Origin: Bdellovibrionales bacterium
GTDB lineage: Bacteria; Bdellovibrionota; Bdellovibrionia; Bdellovibrionales; UBA1609
Direction: 5' to 3'
DNA: 64,000 nt
NCBI GenBank assembly: GCA_965199825.1
Contig: OZ241329.1
Coordinates: 2,304,001 to 2,368,000 of the forward strand
Each line of letters begins with the position of its first letter. Within the stretch, counting starts at the first letter, position 1. The notes under the pieces are model-generated. The model was not told the DNA's origin. It did no database searches and saw only the letters and a list, made by a program, of their open reading frames with translations. Below are positions 1-10,073 of this stretch, in pieces. The position numbers were made by a program, and so were the translations under genes.

Positions 1-3
1 CGG

Positions 4-1167
4 GTGAGAGTATTTCAGCTTATCGTATTCAATTGTTTGATTTGGACGGGAGCCCAGAGTGTGGCTCAGGCTGAAGATTCGAGCAGTCGAATGCACCTAG
101 AAAATTTAAAAGTTTCGACCCAAAAGCCCTACGAGCTATTGATGCTTTTTAAATCAGGATTGGCACAATACTCCAATGTGTCCGATGAAAAAACCGCAGG
201 AAACCTCCGAGTGGAATCGTTGTTTCGGTATAAATTTATGGATGGTTTAAATTTTAAGGCCGATGTTCGTTTGGGTTTGCTTGCTCAAAGAAGTCAGCAA
301 GATATTTCAACCGATGCTTTTGACGATGGCTTTCGAATGAAGCAAGCCTATTTTGAGTATGAGCCACTCAATAAAATAAAACTGATGGCCGGAGTGGTCA
401 ATCAGGATAAACTCTTTTTGTCTATTCCGCTATTGCTGGACGATCGTGGATTTCCGGGGCTTGCGCAGTCTGCGACTTTTACAAACGGTGAAAATCAGCT
501 GACCTTTTTTGCTTTTGAAGCGGTGCCCACTTCGCGTAGTCTCAATACCAATCGGATCGAAAAAGAAAAAACGCCGGTTTATTTGTCTCAAGGTCTTAAA
601 GGGGAGTGGCATCTCCGCGAGGATCTGACGGTGACACCTTTTTTGATGCATTATAGCTTTCAAAATTTACCCTCAGTGGTGGCGAGCGAAGGATATTCTG
701 AAGGCAATTCTTTGGCTTTTTGGACCACCGAATCCAATGCGGTATTTAAATATAATTTTAACGGTATTACCGCAGGATCAAATCTGAAATACCAATTTGC
801 AAGCAAGTCTTCGGCTACTTTGGGCTACACGTACATACAAAATTTAAGTGCACCTCAGGCTTATAATTCGGGAGCTTTACTTTCAGGAGAACTCAATCTT
901 CGTTATCAAGATATGGCATTTCGGCCCGCTCTGTTTTCGTTTTACAACGAGTCCGACACCTCACCCGCAGCTTACAATGATCTGCGCTTTGGTCATAACA
1001 ACCGCGAGGGTTATGGCGGCCAGATGAGAGTTGATTTTTTAAAATGGAAATTTTCGACAACCGCACGCTATATCGGTGCGGATGTGATCAACCAAACCGC
1101 AAATCACCAATCTCAAAGTGAATATTTTGAATTGGTTTTAGAAACGAATTATGCCGATATTCTTTAG
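4..1167 (+). CDS. Outer-membrane beta-barrel (putative porin-like) protein
   Basis: Signal peptide ending AQA; alternating aromatic/polar beta-strand pattern; 3' end overlaps the start of the next gene. Confidence 0.6.
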   Translation: MRVFQLIVFNCLIWTGAQSVAQAEDSSSRMHLENLKVSTQKPYELLMLFKSGLAQYSNVSDEKTAGNLRVESLFRYKFMDGLNFKADVRLGLLAQRSQQDISTDAFDDGFRMKQAYFEYEPLNKIKLMAGVVNQDKLFLSIPLLLDDRGFPGLAQSATFTNGENQLTFFAFEAVPTSRSLNTNRIEKEKTPVYLSQGLKGEWHLREDLTVTPFLMHYSFQNLPSVVASEGYSEGNSLAFWTTESNAVFKYNFNGITAGSNLKYQFASKSSATLGYTYIQNLSAPQAYNSGALLSGELNLRYQDMAFRPALFSFYNESDTSPAAYNDLRFGHNNREGYGGQMRVDFLKWKFSTTARYIGADVINQTANHQSQSEYFELVLETNYADIL

Positions 1168-4100
1168 AGTTCGACATTTATTTATAGTTTTGGTTTTGAT
1201 CACGGGCTGTGTGCGTGGGCAAAAGCAAAATTCCGAATCCTCAATCAATGAGCAGTCGGCATCTGTGGCCGCAACCTTTTATTATGACCGTGCTATTGTT
1301 GGAGAATCTAAAAAGGGCGAGATGAGCTCATGGGAAACCCCGCTCACAAAAATCTACCGTTTTACCGCTTGCTTTAAAGACCGGACCACAAAAAGTGCCC
1401 TCCTCAATCAGCCTTTAGTGGTGAGCGATGAGCATGGACGAACTAAATCTCTTGTTGAAGCAAAGACCGATAATAGTGGATGCCTGTCTTGGAACGACAC
1501 CATCGCCTATAACTATTTTGCCGATAGCAAATACGTCGAGATTTTAAGAACCGTAAAGGGCAGCGGCGCGATCAATCGCGGTGAAGTACAGCTTAAAATT
1601 TGTGTGGATCCATGGGCAGAGCAAGATCAAATTCGTGATGAGGTTTTGGATTGCCAATTTTCAAAGCCACCCAAAGAATACGTCCTCGATACGTCTCACT
1701 CGGATGACGCCTTTTCGGGGCTACGTGCAGATAAAAATAGGCCAGCCGATGTTCAGTTGTGGCTCGATAATCCACGCCTGACGATGGATTCCTCAACACT
1801 TTCTGCGGATCGTGCAAGGCTCTCATCGATCATTCATTTTAAGCCTGGTTTTGTAAAACGACTTATCAACGGCGCACGCTCTGGGATTATTCCACTCCCC
1901 AAAGGGATAATCAAAATTACGCCTTTTTTAAAAACATCAGACAATGTCGATGGGGAACTCAATCATTTTAGTCAAGTCACTCCGGCAAACGAAACTCTTT
2001 TGCCAAGAGAATTTGCCAATGGTGATTTTGGTCAAGAGTTTTCATTTTCTCCAAAAAGTTTTGCCCAAATTTGTAACCAACAAATGGGTCTTCGGGTTGA
2101 GCCGATCAATGCCCCCATGGGCAATTTGCGATCAGCCGATTTTATTTTTCATGTTGGCGACTGTAGCCGATGGACGTTTACAGATGCCCTCCTACGTTTA
2201 GATGAAAATGTAAATCACGAGATGTCCAAAGCCTTTGATAATCCAAGTTATCGATCAACCGGAATTTTACCATCCTCTCTTTATTTTTTGGATGGTTGGG
2301 ATCAGCAGGCGATTCAGTCTTCAAACACTCCGACGCCAGAAAAAATCAACCCGCTGATGAATGGTGAAATTACCAATCGCCAATTTGTGTTTGAGCCCTT
2401 GTATTTGCGATTTGATAGTATCTCCCGGGGCGAAACTGCAACGAATCGCACCCTCGTTTTTACCGCAAGTACCTGTGTGCACAATGCGGTCAATCGGGGT
2501 CAGCGCCTGGGTAATTTTCATTTTGATGTTTATAAAATATCTTATGATCAAAAAGGCAATAAGACCGAAGAAAAATTAAATGATCGATTTAATGACGGAA
2601 AACCTTACGCTACCGATGACAGCAATGGCTGTGTGACGTGGAAGGATTCGATCAATCACGAGTACTATATCAAGGAACATTATTATCAGGCGGTTTATGA
2701 ACTGCGCCATGTGGGCAGTGATTATTCCCATTCTAAAGATGCCAAAGAGCGCCAACTCACAGCGGTGATCAACCCCTGGGATTATGGTTTTACCTTTGGC
2801 CGAGACATTTCCTATGCTGGGGGCAAATGGGCGGTAGAAGCCCAAGAGAGCTTAGTCAACGACAAGCCGGCCTCACGAATGGTGATTTACAATTTTAAAT
2901 ACGAAACCATTAATTTTCGCTACGAAATTGATGAGCATATGAATCTGACCGTTCAAAAAAACGTGCTGTTTCGTATTGAGCCCCAGGTGATTCGCATGCA
3001 CAGTATTGTGAGCGGACGACAACAAAGTCATGAGTCATTACGCAATGGATATTATCTTTTAAAAACGGCCTTGCAAAAATATTATGACGATCACGGAATT
3101 GTGCGCGAGTACCTTGATACTTTTCAAAAGATTGTTCAAGTCCAGGGTGGAGTGATTGTTGCTCCCACCAAATTCTCAATTGCTGATTTGCGGCTGATGC
3201 GTGTGCGTAACAATCTGCTGGTGGAGCTCCAACCGGTCAATGAGCATGCACTTTGTCGGTATAGCTTTGAGCATGATTCAAAAGAAAAAAAGGATTGGCC
3301 CAAAGACCGACTTGAAAAAGAAGTTCAGAGTGCCTGCGAAATTATTGATCTCACCAAACAATTTGTAATGCCTCCTGAGAGTGAACTTGACCAATATGTT
3401 CTTGCCCCCGAGCAAACGGGGCTTTCACCAAGAACATTTGTGGGGCCAGTGATACCTCAATCAAATTCGTTTAGTTCAAATATGTGGCCCACGGATAGCC
3501 TTGATGAATCCGACTGCACAAGCGAAGAGGTGTGTCGTGAGCTTACCCATGAGAGCCAAACTTGGCAGGAAGAAAAGCGCAAACTCAGTGACATGAGCTA
3601 TGATCCAAATCATCTTCTCCAGCGCCACAGTTACGTTGATTTTCAAAAATATTTTGAATCGGCCACAATGCGGCCATTGAAAGGGATGACGGTCACCTCG
3701 CTCATCAAAGATCAAAAACAGGGCTACAACGCTATTGTTCGAAAACAAGCCGATCTCGATGCCTCGGTGTATTCGGCAGCACAGAATTTGAATTCAGAGT
3801 ACATGCAGATCCTTCATCCCGAAACTGTGGCTCAGCGATTTGACGGGCTTCCGATTGAAAAAATAAATCGAGCCCTTCCTGTTACTGATATTTACCAAAA
3901 TTTTTTAAAGCAATTGAATGGGTTTATTATTGATGATGGCGAAAAGCATTTGGATACCAAATATTTTGGTGCACAGGCTCAATCCGATTACTATGTGGGT
4001 CGGAATCTTGATGAATTAAAACGTGAAACCATGGTTATGGGGCGGCAAGGTCGATTCGGGTTTGTGGCGGATGAAATTGTTCCGAATGTGAGCACCAAAG

Positions 4101-5674
4101 ATTTTTTGAGCTTTTTTGAAACCGGCAAAATGAATAAGACTTTGGCTTTAAGGCTTTGTGCCTATTGGTTTCATGATTTTTTTCCAAAACAATTAGGGCT
4201 CAATCAAAAGCAACTTTACCGAAGCGAAAAAGACTTGGCTAAAATCGATCTCGCCTGCAAACTCAATTATGATCAAGGCGCTGGCCTTTATCAAAATGGG
4301 GTTTTTGCGGTTGATCAGCGATTAAAAATCGACAAGATCGGCGATTACAATTTCGAAAAAGGCATGTCGGTGAATATAAATATTAACACCGACAAGCGAC
4401 GCCAAACCGCGCAGGATGTGAAGAGATCTTTTGCACTCAATGTGAAATTGCCAAAAAAATTACCGCTAAACACTCTTGCACTCTTAAGCGGGGCGCGTGT
4501 GGCATTGCCGACCACGGCTTTGACCACAATGATGAATGACGCCCTCGTATTTTTAAGTGTGCTGGATGGAAATTTTCAATTGAACCGCGGCGAAACCAAT
4601 GGAATTAGCCAGTCGCACTCCAGTGCGGTGACAACCACACTCGCGGTGCAAATGGCAAAATTCAACGTGACCTTAAGTCAATATGAACAGTGTCGTACCC
4701 TTTCGATTCGGCCTGAATTTTTACAAAAACAAATTCATTTTTTCGAGGCGATTTCACCATCAATCGAAGAAGATGTCGCAATCGATATGGCCACTCGCGG
4801 AATTCTGATTTGTACCGGTGAGCCGATTGTGGATCAACCTCGGACGGTGCGAGAGGTTTATTACTATGTCTCCCAAAATTTTAATGAGGGCGATATGATG
4901 GATACCGCAAATATTAAAACTCACCCTTGGTTATTGCAACTTCGCGGGAACCATGACTTTGCCAAGTTTATGAGCGTGTTGGTTGAAAAAGTGGATCTCT
5001 TTGACGTCAAACATTTGCGTGAACTCAAAACCCGGATTGAGGCCGAAAAAGTTGAGCATTCAAATATCATGGGAACTGACGATCGACACCATTTGGCCGA
5101 ACCCGAAGGCGAAATCCTTCAAGCGATGAAGAACACCAGAAATGAGCCTGCGCTAGATATGAATGTTCCGGTGGAGGCAAGAGCTTCAGGTCAGATGCTT
5201 CAGAGGTTTAAAGCTGGAATTGATCCTCGACAGCTCGACGAACGCCAAAAGGTGGTGCAACAAAGTGAGCAGGCGCGCCTTGAGTTTGACAAAGTGTTTG
5301 AGAGCTATAAACAAAATAACTATTTAAGTCTTGATAACTTTTCTAACAGTTCAAGCCGGAGCGGTGAAACTCTTGAACAGCAACGTCTGCGACTAAAGAG
5401 ATCAACCGATTATTCGGCACAAAATGCGATCAACTTCAATGCGGGATCAAAATCGGAAGCCGATCGACGCTGGTCTTCAACCGATCTTTCACCCTTTGGT
5501 GTTGATGTGAACAATATCTCCAACACTTTTTTAAATGGACTGAACCCAGAGGGATTTGACAAAGAAATGAAGGATTATCCAATTAAAAAATTGGGCGAGA
5601 TTTATGCGGGCACTCCGCCGTCGGTCTCGGGATTTATCACCATCACCGAAGACTCTCTGGATACCGGGCGATAA
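1151..5674 (+). CDS. Giant (1507 aa) Cys-rich lipoprotein of unknown function, paralog 1
   Basis: Lipobox LITGC after a hydrophobic stretch; full-length homology to 10074-14420. Confidence 0.8.
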   Translation: MPIFFRVRHLFIVLVLITGCVRGQKQNSESSINEQSASVAATFYYDRAIVGESKKGEMSSWETPLTKIYRFTACFKDRTTKSALLNQPLVVSDEHGRTKSLVEAKTDNSGCLSWNDTIAYNYFADSKYVEILRTVKGSGAINRGEVQLKICVDPWAEQDQIRDEVLDCQFSKPPKEYVLDTSHSDDAFSGLRADKNRPADVQLWLDNPRLTMDSSTLSADRARLSSIIHFKPGFVKRLINGARSGIIPLPKGIIKITPFLKTSDNVDGELNHFSQVTPANETLLPREFANGDFGQEFSFSPKSFAQICNQQMGLRVEPINAPMGNLRSADFIFHVGDCSRWTFTDALLRLDENVNHEMSKAFDNPSYRSTGILPSSLYFLDGWDQQAIQSSNTPTPEKINPLMNGEITNRQFVFEPLYLRFDSISRGETATNRTLVFTASTCVHNAVNRGQRLGNFHFDVYKISYDQKGNKTEEKLNDRFNDGKPYATDDSNGCVTWKDSINHEYYIKEHYYQAVYELRHVGSDYSHSKDAKERQLTAVINPWDYGFTFGRDISYAGGKWAVEAQESLVNDKPASRMVIYNFKYETINFRYEIDEHMNLTVQKNVLFRIEPQVIRMHSIVSGRQQSHESLRNGYYLLKTALQKYYDDHGIVREYLDTFQKIVQVQGGVIVAPTKFSIADLRLMRVRNNLLVELQPVNEHALCRYSFEHDSKEKKDWPKDRLEKEVQSACEIIDLTKQFVMPPESELDQYVLAPEQTGLSPRTFVGPVIPQSNSFSSNMWPTDSLDESDCTSEEVCRELTHESQTWQEEKRKLSDMSYDPNHLLQRHSYVDFQKYFESATMRPLKGMTVTSLIKDQKQGYNAIVRKQADLDASVYSAAQNLNSEYMQILHPETVAQRFDGLPIEKINRALPVTDIYQNFLKQLNGFIIDDGEKHLDTKYFGAQAQSDYYVGRNLDELKRETMVMGRQGRFGFVADEIVPNVSTKDFLSFFETGKMNKTLALRLCAYWFHDFFPKQLGLNQKQLYRSEKDLAKIDLACKLNYDQGAGLYQNGVFAVDQRLKIDKIGDYNFEKGMSVNININTDKRRQTAQDVKRSFALNVKLPKKLPLNTLALLSGARVALPTTALTTMMNDALVFLSVLDGNFQLNRGETNGISQSHSSAVTTTLAVQMAKFNVTLSQYEQCRTLSIRPEFLQKQIHFFEAISPSIEEDVAIDMATRGILICTGEPIVDQPRTVREVYYYVSQNFNEGDMMDTANIKTHPWLLQLRGNHDFAKFMSVLVEKVDLFDVKHLRELKTRIEAEKVEHSNIMGTDDRHHLAEPEGEILQAMKNTRNEPALDMNVPVEARASGQMLQRFKAGIDPRQLDERQKVVQQSEQARLEFDKVFESYKQNNYLSLDNFSNSSSRSGETLEQQRLRLKRSTDYSAQNAINFNAGSKSEADRRWSSTDLSPFGVDVNNISNTFLNGLNPEGFDKEMKDYPIKKLGEIYAGTPPSVSGFITITEDSLDTGR

Positions 5675-6806
5675 GCTCATCTACCAAAATTTTTGATGCG
5701 CCCGTTTTTTGTTCCACAATTGATTTAAGACTCTCTTTTGTTTTGTGCTCTTCAAAAATCCAGTGACCCAAATCTTGAGAATTATAAATCACTCTGACGT
5801 GATCTAGTTTTTCAAACTCGATCGCTTCGCGGTTGTTTTTATAATAAGGTCCAACCGCAACTGAGAGTCCAGCGGCCAGGGGCTCCATGACCGAGTGGAC
5901 AGTTTTTTTAAATGATCCACCCACAAATGCCAAATCGCCTTGCAGATAAAGTTCGGCCAAGATTCCAATCTGATCCACCAGAATAAACGGGCAATCGGTT
6001 TGGCCGTTTAATTCCGAATACAACACCGGCAAAACGTTTGATAACTTCTTGATCGACTCGATATGATCTGTGCTGGGTTCGTGAGGAACGAGCACAAGGG
6101 TGTAGTGCTCAAAGGGAAAAGATTCGAGGACTCTCTTTTCGTCTTCGGGCCATGTGGAGCCCGCAATAAAAAGGGGTCGCGGTCCTCTTAGCTCTTTAAT
6201 TTTATTTGGGTGTTGCAATCGAAAAAGGGCTTGATCATAACGAGTATCGCCAATGATTTTTACTTTTTGATTTAAACAAAGCATCTGAGCGTCTTGATCG
6301 TCGACACAAAAAATAAAATCAATTTTATTAAGTAAATAATTTTTAATTTTCGAAGGGCTCTGAGCTTGAGTCGCCGAAAATAAAATGATCGGAATTTTAA
6401 AGGCGTGAGTTTGAGTGAGCATTTCGGGCCAAAGATCTGTCCGTGCGATCAAACACAATTTGGGATTATAAAATTTTAAAAAATTATTCATTGGCCCTGG
6501 GAGATCAAAGGGGAGCGCAAGACTTAAATCAACCCCTTCGAATTTTTCGATATTCTTTGCGTAGGTGGGAGAAAAAAAGGTGACCAATATTTTTTGATTT
6601 GGAAACCTCGATTTTAATTCTCGAATCACCGGTTTGGCATATTCGAATTCACCACTGGCGGCATGAATCCAGATGGGTGATGGCGATAGGGGAATAAACC
6701 CTTTTTGTCGTAGTCTAAATCCCTCGGCAATTTTTTTGCTAAACACTCGTCCAATCAGAAATCCAAAGATCAGCAAAGGTGCGATTAGAATACGGTAGAG
6801 GATCAT
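5643..6806 (-). CDS. waaA: 3-deoxy-D-manno-octulosonic acid (Kdo) transferase
   Basis: IWIHAASGE, LPFD, GDTRYD, IAGSTW and AFVGGSF...HSVMEP motifs. Confidence 0.92.
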   Translation of the reverse strand: MILYRILIAPLLIFGFLIGRVFSKKIAEGFRLRQKGFIPLSPSPIWIHAASGEFEYAKPVIRELKSRFPNQKILVTFFSPTYAKNIEKFEGVDLSLALPFDLPGPMNNFLKFYNPKLCLIARTDLWPEMLTQTHAFKIPIILFSATQAQSPSKIKNYLLNKIDFIFCVDDQDAQMLCLNQKVKIIGDTRYDQALFRLQHPNKIKELRGPRPLFIAGSTWPEDEKRVLESFPFEHYTLVLVPHEPSTDHIESIKKLSNVLPVLYSELNGQTDCPFILVDQIGILAELYLQGDLAFVGGSFKKTVHSVMEPLAAGLSVAVGPYYKNNREAIEFEKLDHVRVIYNSQDLGHWIFEEHKTKESLKSIVEQKTGASKILVDELIARYPESLR

Positions 6807-7765
6807 GGCAATAATTCTTTGAGTTTGTTGATCACCATCTCAGGGCTGATATCGAGTAAACATTTTTTATAGGTCTGATTGTGGCAGGGCTTTTTGCCAT
6901 CCTTTGAACAGGGCTGGCAATCAAGACCGGCCTCAAAGAGTATGCTCGAAGTTCTGGTCGTATGCCCAAAGGCTGCAGCCCCACGAATTGCAATTGTGGG
7001 AATGGCCAACCAATCGGCAATGTGGGCGACACCTGTGTCATTGCTCACCACGCAGCTGCTGCCTAAAACGAGTTGTCCGGTTTCTTCCCAGTTGAGTCGT
7101 CCCGCAAAATTGATGACTCGTTCAGGATCAATGGTTACCAAGTCGTTTACAAATTGATCTTGTGGACCGCCGACCACCGCAAATTTTTTGTCTGCCAGTG
7201 TGGCAATCACTTTTCCGAAATACTCAATCGGCCACCGCTTGAGTTCGCTCGAGGCGGAGGGTGCAAGCACAATATAATTATTTTTTGGGGCGTCGAGTAG
7301 GGGCGGCGGAGGTAAACGAAGATCCTCCCATTTTCTTAACGGTCTTAAGAAAGAAATCATCGAGCGAAAGGGCTGCGGCACGGTAGGGCAGCCAAAATTA
7401 AAGAATAAGAATCTTTTGAAGCGATGTTTTTTTCGGCGAACGAAGGTATATCTGCCAAGCGGTCTAAAGAAGCGAAAAAAGAACATCAACACATGTGAGC
7501 GCACATTGTTGTGGGCATCATAAACAAGGGTCCAATCTTCTTTTGCAAGATCGCGAGCCTGTTTAATCAAACCTTTAAACCCAGTTTGTTTGTCAAAGGC
7601 CAGGATGCGATCAATTGCGGGCGAAAGTTTTAATAAGGGAGCCAAGTCCGATCGGGTCATAAATGAAATATGACAATCAGGATTTTTTAGTTTGATTGCA
7701 TCTGCAACCGGAAAGCACTGAACCACGTCGCCAAGACTCGTGAAGCGAATAATCAGAACCTTCAT
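6803..7765 (-). CDS. Glycosyltransferase family 9 (LPS heptosyltransferase-like)
   Basis: KVLIIRFTSLGDVV, KRWP, VSNDTGVAHIA and CQPC motifs. Confidence 0.88.
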   Translation of the reverse strand: MKVLIIRFTSLGDVVQCFPVADAIKLKNPDCHISFMTRSDLAPLLKLSPAIDRILAFDKQTGFKGLIKQARDLAKEDWTLVYDAHNNVRSHVLMFFFRFFRPLGRYTFVRRKKHRFKRFLFFNFGCPTVPQPFRSMISFLRPLRKWEDLRLPPPPLLDAPKNNYIVLAPSASSELKRWPIEYFGKVIATLADKKFAVVGGPQDQFVNDLVTIDPERVINFAGRLNWEETGQLVLGSSCVVSNDTGVAHIADWLAIPTIAIRGAAAFGHTTRTSSILFEAGLDCQPCSKDGKKPCHNQTYKKCLLDISPEMVINKLKELLP

Positions 7766-9019
7766 CTAGCTGCGCAGAGTTTGCCATAATGCGGTTTCAT
7801 CAAACTCCTTTTCCCATTTAGAAATAACCAGGGTCGCTACCGTATTGCCGATCATATTTGTTAATGCCCGCCCCTCCGACATGAATCGATCCACACCCAA
7901 TATCAAAGTAAGGCCCGCCACTGGAATTTGATTGGTCAACGCCAGTGTGGCCGCAAGTGTAACAAAGCCCGCCCCGGTCACACCAGAGGCCCCCTTTGAG
8001 GTGATCATTGAAAGTCCACAAAAAGACAACTGCTGATAAAAGCTCAGCTCAATACCCAACGCTTGAGCGATAAAAAGGGCGGCAAGTGTCATATAGATGT
8101 TTGTTCCATCAAGATTCATCGAATAGCCGGTCGGCACAACAAGCCCCACAATGGATTGCGAGCAGCCTAGCTGTTCGAGCTTTTTCATCAAAGGGGCAAG
8201 GGCACTTTCGCTCGAGGAAGTGGCAAGCACCGTAATCAATTCCGATTTTAGATAAAGCAAAATTCGAAACAGTGGAATGCGCAAGGTCCAACAGATAAGA
8301 CCTAAAACAAAAACCACAAAACAAAAACAGCTAAGATAAAAACTAAAGAGCAAAAATAAAAGTGGCTTTAAAGATTCGATTCCAAATCGTCCCACCGTAA
8401 ACGCCATCGCCGCACCGGCCCCGATCGGAGCAAGCTTCATCACAAATCCAATAATGCTAAAAAAAATTTCTGAGAGATCTTTTAGGCCAGTAAAAATGGG
8501 GGATGATCGATTTTTGAGTCGACTCAATCCAAAACCAAAAAGAATACCAAGCAGCAAAACTTGGGTGAGGTCGCCCGACCGCGTAAAGGCATCAACAAAG
8601 GTTGTAGGAATCGCATGGCCTAACAGATTAAAATCTTTTGCAGCCTCGGCATAATTTTGGATTGCGGTTTGATCTAGCGATTTTGGATCTACATGAAACA
8701 AAGATCCTGGTTTCAAAATTGATGCGATCAAAAGGCCAACTAACAACGCGAGAGTCGAAACAACTTCGAAGTAAAGAAGACTTTTAAAACCGATTCGCCC
8801 CACCTGCTCACCACTGCGCGCACTCGAAATTCCGATGGCAACGGTTAAAAATACGATAGGGGCAATCAACATTTTGATTAAATTGATAAAGGCATCACCC
8901 AGGGGTTTAAGTGTCACCGCAAATTCGGGCTGATAAACTCCAAGCAATAAGCCAAAGAGCACGCCGCAAAGAACCCAAAAATAAAGTTGGTTACTGAGCC
9001 GCTTCAACATGTTTTTCAC
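7766..9019 (-). CDS. dctA: C4-dicarboxylate:H+ symporter (DAACS family)
   Basis: FINLIKMLIAP, TSSSESAL, VVPTGYSMNLDGT, TSKGASGVTG and GVDRFMSE motifs. Confidence 0.92.
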   Translation of the reverse strand: MKNMLKRLSNQLYFWVLCGVLFGLLLGVYQPEFAVTLKPLGDAFINLIKMLIAPIVFLTVAIGISSARSGEQVGRIGFKSLLYFEVVSTLALLVGLLIASILKPGSLFHVDPKSLDQTAIQNYAEAAKDFNLLGHAIPTTFVDAFTRSGDLTQVLLLGILFGFGLSRLKNRSSPIFTGLKDLSEIFFSIIGFVMKLAPIGAGAAMAFTVGRFGIESLKPLLFLLFSFYLSCFCFVVFVLGLICWTLRIPLFRILLYLKSELITVLATSSSESALAPLMKKLEQLGCSQSIVGLVVPTGYSMNLDGTNIYMTLAALFIAQALGIELSFYQQLSFCGLSMITSKGASGVTGAGFVTLAATLALTNQIPVAGLTLILGVDRFMSEGRALTNMIGNTVATLVISKWEKEFDETALWQTLRS

Positions 9020-9905
9020 GATTGATTCTAAATATGCAATACACCAAGCCAGCTGCCCCCAAAATTTGAAAACGTGTTAGAGCATCGCCTAAAAAAATCC
9101 AAGTGACAAATACCGCAGCTAAGGTTTGGGCCATCTCACAAAAAGCGGTGGCGCTTGCAGTGGTTTTCGACACCCCCAAAAAATAAAGATAAGTCGGAAA
9201 AATTCCTGAGATCACGGTGAGTAAAAAAAACTGATCGGCGTGATCAAGGATACGAGTACTCGATACAGTGTTCCATTTGTTTTTAAAGGTCACAATAACA
9301 AGAAGGGTTATAAATCCGGCTAAAAAACGATAAAAAGTGGCTGAACTCAAAGGCACTTCGATCATCATTCCTCGAGCCACCACCGTGCTTAAGCCCCAGC
9401 TCAAGGCAGTGAGGGCGACCAAAATCAATCCACGATTGAGCATCAGATCTTGAAATGAAAAGTCTTTTCCTACAATCAACACACCGCAACCGAGTGCACC
9501 CAGACCCCAAACGTAAAAATGTCGAGGGATTTTTTCGCCCAAAAGAGTAGCGGCAAAAAAAACACTGATAAGAGGTTGAAAATTTAAAAGCACATTGGCG
9601 ACTGAGGTATTTAAATAGCGTAAGGCTTCGGTAAAAAAATAAGTCCCCAAAGCGCTGCCGAGCACTCCACTTAAAATCACGTAGATCCAAGCTTTTTTTG
9701 AAAAATGGGACCGAGCTCCCTGAGCCAAAAAGGCGGGAAGTGTAAAAAAAAGGCAAAGCCCTTGTTCGATTAAAACCAAGACATCCGAGTCAAAATAAGA
9801 GTTGAGTCGAACCCGAAATAAAGTTTCAGTTCCCCAGAACGCCGCTCCACAGGCCACACACAGGGGCCCCAATATCCGCCAGCTCCTTATTCTTAACATT
9901 GCCAT
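8991..9905 (-). CDS. DMT/EamA family transporter
   Basis: About 10 TM segments in two EamA-like halves (LLGEKI, FLGDAL). Confidence 0.85.
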   Translation of the reverse strand: MAMLRIRSWRILGPLCVACGAAFWGTETLFRVRLNSYFDSDVLVLIEQGLCLFFTLPAFLAQGARSHFSKKAWIYVILSGVLGSALGTYFFTEALRYLNTSVANVLLNFQPLISVFFAATLLGEKIPRHFYVWGLGALGCGVLIVGKDFSFQDLMLNRGLILVALTALSWGLSTVVARGMMIEVPLSSATFYRFLAGFITLLVIVTFKNKWNTVSSTRILDHADQFFLLTVISGIFPTYLYFLGVSKTTASATAFCEMAQTLAAVFVTWIFLGDALTRFQILGAAGLVYCIFRINREKHVEAAQ

Positions 9906-10073
9906 TTACAATTGCGATTATGAGAAATGATGTCAACGAAGACTTCAGGAGTTAGGATTTTGTTAAAACATCTAAAGTTTCTTGGATCAAAAAAAATTAA
10001 CTTGTATACCAGGGCTCAACTTCAGCGAATCAGCATGGGTTTCATTTTAAATTTTAGGTCAAGGGGGAAAGGC

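Noticed and set aside
3442..3450. GGGGCCAGT, resembling the IS end core
   Set aside because: Lone 9-mer inside a conserved coding stretch (VGPV) with no partner repeat
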